DNA of 32,000 nt, taken from the NCBI RefSeq assembly GCF_000011805.1, contig NC_006840.2; one strand, given 5' to 3'. Positions within the stretch are counted from its first letter, which is position 1. Each line of letters starts with the position of its first letter. The DNA is from Aliivibrio fischeri ES114 (GTDB lineage: Bacteria; Pseudomonadota; Gammaproteobacteria; Enterobacterales; Vibrionaceae). Both the position numbers and the translations under genes were made by a program. The notes under the pieces were generated by a model. That model was not told the origin of the DNA, did no database searches, and was given only the letters and a program-made list of their open reading frames with translations. This document shows positions 26,735 to 32,000 of this stretch, piece by piece.

Positions 26735-27070
26735 GGGATTCTCATTTATAAATTGGGAAGGAAAAGTAGGGGGCATTATAAGAAAGCTGCTTATAGAGTC
26801 TAAATGGAAAACTCACATTTGTTTTTTGTTTGTTTTTTTATTTGCTTTAACTAAAGTTGTTGAAGGTTTTTTTGTCTCAACTTGATGTTTAATAAGCATT
26901 TATTTTACTAAATAGTGATATGGCTCTAAGAATTATTGATTTGTCAGTTTTTTTAGGTAGACTCCAGAGTTTTATAAATGAAACCAATGCCTCTTATTTG
27001 AAGATGTATTTTTTGTGTCATTTATATGAATCAATTTTCTTCTACTTATATTTTTCACTATAAGGCTTAA

Positions 27071-27928
27071 ATGCATAAAATAATTATTGCTAATTTAGTG
27101 TTAGAACCTGAAAGCAGAACGTTAACAAACCAGTTTGGTCACAAAGTAATGTTAAGACCATTACCTTATGAAGTGTTTAGATTATTGCTTGATCAGCAAG
27201 GAAAAAGTGTATCTCGTGATCAACTATTTAATGTTTGCTGGGAAGGTATGGTTGTTACCGATCAGGCATTAACGAATGTTATTTCGAATTTAAGACGTAA
27301 TTTAGTGCAATTAAAAGCAGAGAACGTAACGATTAAAACAGTAAGTAAAATCGGTTACTTACTTGCTATAGAGCAGCCAATCACAATCGTTGAAAATACG
27401 AATGAAATTGCACCTTTAAAAAAACAATCAGAACCATCATCTGTTGCCAATAAGATAAAGAAAAAAGAAGCGTTTAATAGAAAAACAGCTGATGCAATAC
27501 TTAAACAATTATTGACCAAACCTTCTGTTAAATCAGTAAGTTGTTGTTTTTTCCTAGTTGCGATGATTATTGTTGGTGTCGTGTACCAAAGGTACATATC
27601 AATACCGCACTTTTTAGTGAGCAATAATTATGAGCACTTTAGTGTCAATAACACGGATTTTTATTTGCTAAATAAGACAAAAGAAAAAACAGATATAGAG
27701 AAGATCAAATCTGGTATTGAATCTTTGAATTTGGCTGAATGTAATGCAAATGTTTACATTAGGATGTATGACTCAGTTTATGAAGATGATACGTACTCCT
27801 TAAAAGGATACATAGAAGCAAAAAATAATAATAGAAATGGAAACTATTCGTTAAGTCAATTTTCATATGATGATTTGCCAAACATCATTGGTGAAGCATT
27901 AAAAAGGGCGAAATTAGTATGCGATTAG
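27071..27928 (+). CDS. ToxR-like membrane-anchored winged-helix regulator
   Basis: Trans_reg_C-type N-terminus (LRPLPYEVFRLLLDQQGKSVSRDQLFNVCWEGMVVTDQALTNVISNLRRNL...IKTVSKIGYLL), single TM segment (CCFFLVAMIIVGVVY), periplasmic domain with two cysteines (AEC..., ...LVCD). Confidence 0.85.
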   Translation: MHKIIIANLVLEPESRTLTNQFGHKVMLRPLPYEVFRLLLDQQGKSVSRDQLFNVCWEGMVVTDQALTNVISNLRRNLVQLKAENVTIKTVSKIGYLLAIEQPITIVENTNEIAPLKKQSEPSSVANKIKKKEAFNRKTADAILKQLLTKPSVKSVSCCFFLVAMIIVGVVYQRYISIPHFLVSNNYEHFSVNNTDFYLLNKTKEKTDIEKIKSGIESLNLAECNANVYIRMYDSVYEDDTYSLKGYIEAKNNNRNGNYSLSQFSYDDLPNIIGEALKRAKLVCD

Positions 27929-28398
27929 TTAATTTGGTTTTACTGTTTATACTAGTGGGATTGGCATTTTATAAATTTAGCTTTAATGATACTGAGCTTG
28001 CTGGTTCTCGTTGGGCATGTAATGAATTATCTAAAAATTTCATTTCAGAACCGTATAAAAAATACCAAGAAATAACAGAGAAAGATGTACTCTATTTTGC
28101 TTCATCATCTAATTTAACTATTTTTCAAACCGGTGAGTTAGTTTTCAAAAATGGAGAGCGTCATAAGTATGAAGTTATTATTGATGCGAGCTATAAGGTT
28201 AAAAAGAATAAAATATCACTAAAGTATACAAATATAGACTGGCATTATAAACCCGCTAAATCTCCAGTTTTTGTTCAAGATTTGGACTCATTAAAAGGTT
28301 TTGAAACAGATCTTAACTATATTATTAATGACGAACAATTGTATTTTTATAATCGAAAAAAACATGAAAATACAAACTATCTTTGTTTCTCTTTATAA
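27919..28398 (+). CDS. Small membrane-anchored protein, putative partner of the ToxR-like regulator
   Basis: Overlaps the upstream regulator by 10 nt; N-terminal TM (LVNLVLLFILVGLAFYKF), then an extracytoplasmic domain of about 140 aa with two cysteines. Confidence 0.6.
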   Translation: MRLVNLVLLFILVGLAFYKFSFNDTELAGSRWACNELSKNFISEPYKKYQEITEKDVLYFASSSNLTIFQTGELVFKNGERHKYEVIIDASYKVKKNKISLKYTNIDWHYKPAKSPVFVQDLDSLKGFETDLNYIINDEQLYFYNRKKHENTNYLCFSL

Positions 28399-28670
28399 AG
28401 TAACAATTCACTAAATTTGGTTATTTGTTAAATAAAATAACCAAATTAGTGTTTGATTTGTATTCTCTTTGTGAAATAAAACTGCTTTAATTACAGTGAT
28501 TTATCTGTTTTCGCATTAACTTAAATTAATTTGAGTGATGTGTGATCTAACACTATTTATCAAATCAATAACCCGATTATTATTCGCTCGATTTTGGAGT
28601 TTAAATTGCAGACGAATAACGTAGCAATTTAAAAATTTATTATATAAAAGCTATCATCAGGGAGATTGAT

Positions 28671-29984
28671 ATGTTTTTAATTGAGTTTTTAATCGTACTA
28701 GTATGTATTTTAATCGGTGCTCGAATTGGTGGTATCGGTTTAGGTGTTATGGGTGGTATTGGTTTAGCCATACTAAGTTTTGTTTTTGGTTTACAACCGA
28801 CAAGTCCGCCTATTGATGTAATGTTGATGATCATGGCTGTAGTAGCTGCTGCTGCTGCAATGCAAGCTGCTGGTGGTCTTGAATATTTAATCAAAATTGC
28901 TTCAAATATTCTTCGTAAAAATCCTCGTCATATTACTTTTATTGCCCCTTTAGTGACGTACATGTTTACTTTCTTGGCAGGTACTGGACACGTAGCTTAT
29001 TCAGTTTTACCTGTTATTGCAGAAGTAAGCCGTCGTAGTGGTATTCGCCCAGAACGTCCACTTGGAATGGCAGTAATTGCTTCTCAATTTGCAATTGTAG
29101 CGAGTCCAATTGCTGCTGCGGTTGTCGCTGTTGTTGCCTTTTTAGAGCCACAAGGAATTACTTTAGCTGATGTATTAATGGTAACGATTCCGGGCACATT
29201 CTGTGGTTTAGCACTAGCTTGCGTTATTGTTAACAAGATTGGTAAAGAGCTAAAAGACGATCCTGAATACCAACGTCGTATGCAAGATCCAACGTTCCGT
29301 AAGGAAATGGAACAAGAAGTACAAGTAGAAGAAATTGAAATTAAACCAGAAGCTAAAAAAGCGGTAGGACTATTCCTATTTGGTGCATTCGCCGTGGTTA
29401 TTATGGGTGCATTCCCTGCATTACGTCCTAACTTCAATGGATCTCCAATGGGCATGGCTCATACTATTGAAATCGTAATGTTAGCAATGGCAGCTTTAAT
29501 TATTTTACTATGTAAGCCTGATGGAAATGAAATAACACAAGGTTCAGTTTTCCATGCAGGTATGCGTGCAATCGTAGCTATATTTGGTATTGCATGGTTA
29601 GGTGATACGTTTATCGCAGGTCATGACATCATGGTAAAAGAAGCGGTATCTGGCTTAGTTGAAGTTGCTCCATGGACATTTGCTTTTGCATTGTTTGGTT
29701 TATCTGTAATGGTAAACAGTCAAGGCGCAACAACGGCAGTATTAGTACCTGTAGGTATTGCATTAGGCTTACCACCAGAAGTGATTATCGCAACATTTGT
29801 TGCTGTAAATGGTTACTTCTTTATTCCTAACTATGGTCCGATTATCGCATCTATTGATTTTGACCGTACAGGCACAACTAAGATTGGTAAATACATTTTT
29901 AACCACAGCTTTATGCTTCCTGGTCTATTAAGTATGATCTTCAGTATCGTGTTCGGATTTATTTTTGCAAGCATGGTTTTATAA
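28671..29984 (+). CDS. Anaerobic C4-dicarboxylate transporter, DcuA/DcuB family
   Basis: [62 protein letters not shown]; [20 protein letters not shown]; [16 protein letters not shown]; [34 protein letters not shown]. Confidence 0.95.
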   Translation: MFLIEFLIVLVCILIGARIGGIGLGVMGGIGLAILSFVFGLQPTSPPIDVMLMIMAVVAAAAAMQAAGGLEYLIKIASNILRKNPRHITFIAPLVTYMFTFLAGTGHVAYSVLPVIAEVSRRSGIRPERPLGMAVIASQFAIVASPIAAAVVAVVAFLEPQGITLADVLMVTIPGTFCGLALACVIVNKIGKELKDDPEYQRRMQDPTFRKEMEQEVQVEEIEIKPEAKKAVGLFLFGAFAVVIMGAFPALRPNFNGSPMGMAHTIEIVMLAMAALIILLCKPDGNEITQGSVFHAGMRAIVAIFGIAWLGDTFIAGHDIMVKEAVSGLVEVAPWTFAFALFGLSVMVNSQGATTAVLVPVGIALGLPPEVIIATFVAVNGYFFIPNYGPIIASIDFDRTGTTKIGKYIFNHSFMLPGLLSMIFSIVFGFIFASMVL

Positions 29985-30021
29985 CGCTTAATCAAAAATA
30001 TAAATACACTTTAATTAGAAC

Positions 30022-30053
30022 AAAGGCGAGCCTTAATGGCTCGCCTTTTTTTG
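30022..30053 (+). terminator. Terminator after the DcuA/B-family gene
   Basis: GGCGAGCC-ttaat-GGCTCGCCTTTTTTT. Confidence 0.92.
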
Positions 30054-30226
30054 TTTGATTTCTCAAATGTGAAAAGATTAACATTAAGATTACATTGACT
30101 TCACATTTGCGGCGTTATTTGTTGGACTTTAATTTAACCATGAGTAATGTGAACTTGCTAATAAATGAATCTATTATAAAAACGATAGTTAGGTATTTAT
30201 CTAAATAAAGTTTAATAATCAAGGAG

Positions 30227-31159
30227 ATGATTGTGTTTAAACGTAATTTTATACTTGCTCTACTCTTTATCATTCCATCAGTTGTTAATGCTGAAAATTA
30301 TACTATTGGCACCGGTGGTCAAAGTGGTATTTATTATCCATTTGGAGGTGCATTAGCGAAGGTTTGGACTGAACATGTTCCAGATGTAACAGCAAAAGCA
30401 GAGGTGACTGCTGCGTCAGTTGAAAATACCATTAAGGTTGTTCGTGGCGATATGATAGCAGGTATTGCAATGGGGAATGTGGTACTTGATGCCTATAATG
30501 GTGAGGGGAAATTTCCACAAAAAATGCCAGTTAAAACCCTTTTTGCACTATACCCAAATTTAGTTCATACCATAACTCTTGAAAAATCTGGTATTACATC
30601 ATTATCGCAATTAAAGGGTAAACGAGTGTCTTTAGGCGCTCCTGCAAGTGGTACTGCTGTAACTTCAGCTGCTCTACTTGAGTCTTTAGGTATTGATGTG
30701 AAAAAAGACATTAAAGCGGTGTATTTAAACTACTCTGAAACTACGAATGCATTAGCAAACGGACAAATTGATGCTGGTTTTATTGTCGGTGGACAAGGGG
30801 TTGGTGCTGTAACACAAATTGCATTAACACATAAAATAAAAGTGCTTTCAATTACACCAGAAGAAAGTGCACTGTTTATGAAAAAGTACCCAGCCTACAG
30901 TACATACAATATTCCTGGAGGCGTATATAACAACGTTGATGAAGTGTCGACATTAAGCGTTTGGAATGTATTAGTGGTGAATGCAAAAATGAGTGATGAC
31001 ATGGCATATAACCTGACAAAAGCAGCATATGAAAATATAGGTGACGTTCGTAAAGTTGTAAAAATGGCTGAAATGACAACACCAGAAAATGCAAACAGTT
31101 TACAGGGTGTACCTCTTCATGCGGGAGCTCAAAAATATCTGGATTCAATCTTGAAGTAA
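30227..31159 (+). CDS. TAXI-family TRAP transporter solute-binding protein
   Basis: Signal peptide, then YTIGTGGQSGIYYPFGGALAKVWTEHV, SLGAPASGTAVTSAALLESLGID, YNNVDEVSTLSVWNVLVVNAKMSDDMAYNLTK. Confidence 0.93.
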   Translation: MIVFKRNFILALLFIIPSVVNAENYTIGTGGQSGIYYPFGGALAKVWTEHVPDVTAKAEVTAASVENTIKVVRGDMIAGIAMGNVVLDAYNGEGKFPQKMPVKTLFALYPNLVHTITLEKSGITSLSQLKGKRVSLGAPASGTAVTSAALLESLGIDVKKDIKAVYLNYSETTNALANGQIDAGFIVGGQGVGAVTQIALTHKIKVLSITPEESALFMKKYPAYSTYNIPGGVYNNVDEVSTLSVWNVLVVNAKMSDDMAYNLTKAAYENIGDVRKVVKMAEMTTPENANSLQGVPLHAGAQKYLDSILK

Positions 31160-31188
31160 TTAAACTGTTTTACTCAATATTAAATGGA

Positions 31189-31220
31189 AGGGTAAGAGTT
31201 CTGCTTACCTTTCTTCTTTT
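31189..31220 (+). terminator. Weak hairpin between the TAXI binding protein and the permease gene
   Basis: GGTAAG-agttctg-CTTACC followed by TTTCTTCTTTT; may set differential expression of the two genes. Confidence 0.5.
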
Positions 31221-31245
31221 CTGACTTTATCCTACAGGCATTAAT

Positions 31246-32000
31246 ATGGACATTATAACTGATAAAAACCAAAGCGATGTCGATGAGTATTTACCTCATG
31301 AAAGAACGGTCACTGTATTTGGATTCTTAATTTTAAGCATTGCTGTTGCATTATCCGCTTTTCAAATATGGCAGGGAATAAGCTCGACAATCTCTGCTAC
31401 TTATTTTAGGCCTATCCACTTATGTTGGGTTCTCATTCTCATCTTTTTGCATTACCCGTTAATTAATAATCGAAAGAGTTCTTTGTATTTAGCTGGGAGA
31501 GTTATCGATCTTATTTTGTGTGGTTTGATTGTTTTTGCTGCTTATCGAATGACGATATTTGATTATAACGATATCAACCATCTCTTTTATGGGTTGCAAT
31601 TACCCGATATGGTTGCGGGTTGTTCATTGATTATTTTATTAATGGAAGGCTGCCGTCGTACTGTTGGATGGGTAATGGTACTTATTGCTGTGTTATTTTT
31701 ATCTTATAGCGCATTTGGAGATATGTTACCTGCAGGTTTCGCAATTAAATCATATACCTTACAAGAGCTTATTCAGTTTCAAATTTTTTCTGCTAACGGC
31801 ATATTTGGTTCTGCATTAGGGATTGCTGCAACCACCGTTTTTGTCTTTGTTTTATTTGGAGCTTTTCTTGAGGTAACCGGGGCCGGGAAATTTTTTATTG
31901 ATTTAGCCTTTTCTATTGCGGGTAAATATCGAGGTGGTCCAGCAAAAGCGGCGGTATTAGCATCGGCCGGATTAGGTTCTATTTCTGGTTCTGCAATTGC
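31246..32000 (+). CDS. TAXI-type TRAP transporter fused permease (DctQM-like), truncated by the window end
   Basis: Open frame translated by hand: MDIITDKNQSDVDEYLPHERTVTVFGFLILSIAVALSAFQIWQ...NGIFGSALGIAATTVFVFVLFGAFLEVTGAGKFFIDLAFSIAGKYRGGPAKAAVLASAGLGSISGSAI. Not in the ORF track because the stop lies outside. Confidence 0.9.
   Translation, partial: MDIITDKNQSDVDEYLPHERTVTVFGFLILSIAVALSAFQIWQGISSTISATYFRPIHLCWVLILIFLHYPLINNRKSSLYLAGRVIDLILCGLIVFAAYRMTIFDYNDINHLFYGLQLPDMVAGCSLIILLMEGCRRTVGWVMVLIAVLFLSYSAFGDMLPAGFAIKSYTLQELIQFQIFSANGIFGSALGIAATTVFVFVLFGAFLEVTGAGKFFIDLAFSIAGKYRGGPAKAAVLASAGLGSISGSAI

Noticed and set aside
28640-29455. Reverse ORFs 28640..28894 and 29084..29455 in the DcuA/B-family gene
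   Set aside because: Low-complexity antisense translations of TM segments, common shadow-ORF artefacts.
1-32000. CRISPR arrays, transposases, prophage, toxin-antitoxin or anti-phage defence modules
   Set aside because: No regularly spaced repeats, recombinase or transposase motifs, or recognised defence domains were seen on either strand.

Overview
This is an AT-rich chromosomal window that looks Vibrionaceae-like (inferred from gene content). It is densely coding, and I see no rRNA, tRNA, CRISPR array, transposase or prophage. Contents from left to right: 3' part of a GH19 chitinase; pepT with a DcuC-like transporter; a divergent PurA paralog with a divergently transcribed LysR; gadB with an AspT-type exchanger; LysR / DoxX / pirin; two tandem DUF1254 proteins with a divergent LysR; a DUF2860-like outer-membrane protein; a compact six-gene minus-strand cluster (BacA-like prephenate-decarboxylase-fold protein, DUF2000, SUMF1/FGE-like protein without the FGE cysteines, stand-alone sulfite-oxidase-type Mo domain, LysE exporter, AraC regulator); DUF2127; TetR with two GST genes; brnQ; an outer-membrane beta-barrel; a ToxR-like regulator with a membrane partner; an anaerobic C4-dicarboxylate transporter; and a TAXI-TRAP transporter whose permease runs off the window. 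The two observations most worth following are (1) an unannotated 36-codon leader ORF ending IIAVILVIIN, followed by mutually exclusive GC-rich hairpins, directly upstream of the TTG-initiated brnQ, which suggests ribosome-mediated attenuation of a branched-chain amino acid transporter, and (2) the BacA-like/DUF2000/SUMF1/Mo-enzyme/LysE/AraC cluster, which looks like an uncharacterised small-molecule (modified amino acid) biosynthesis and export operon.
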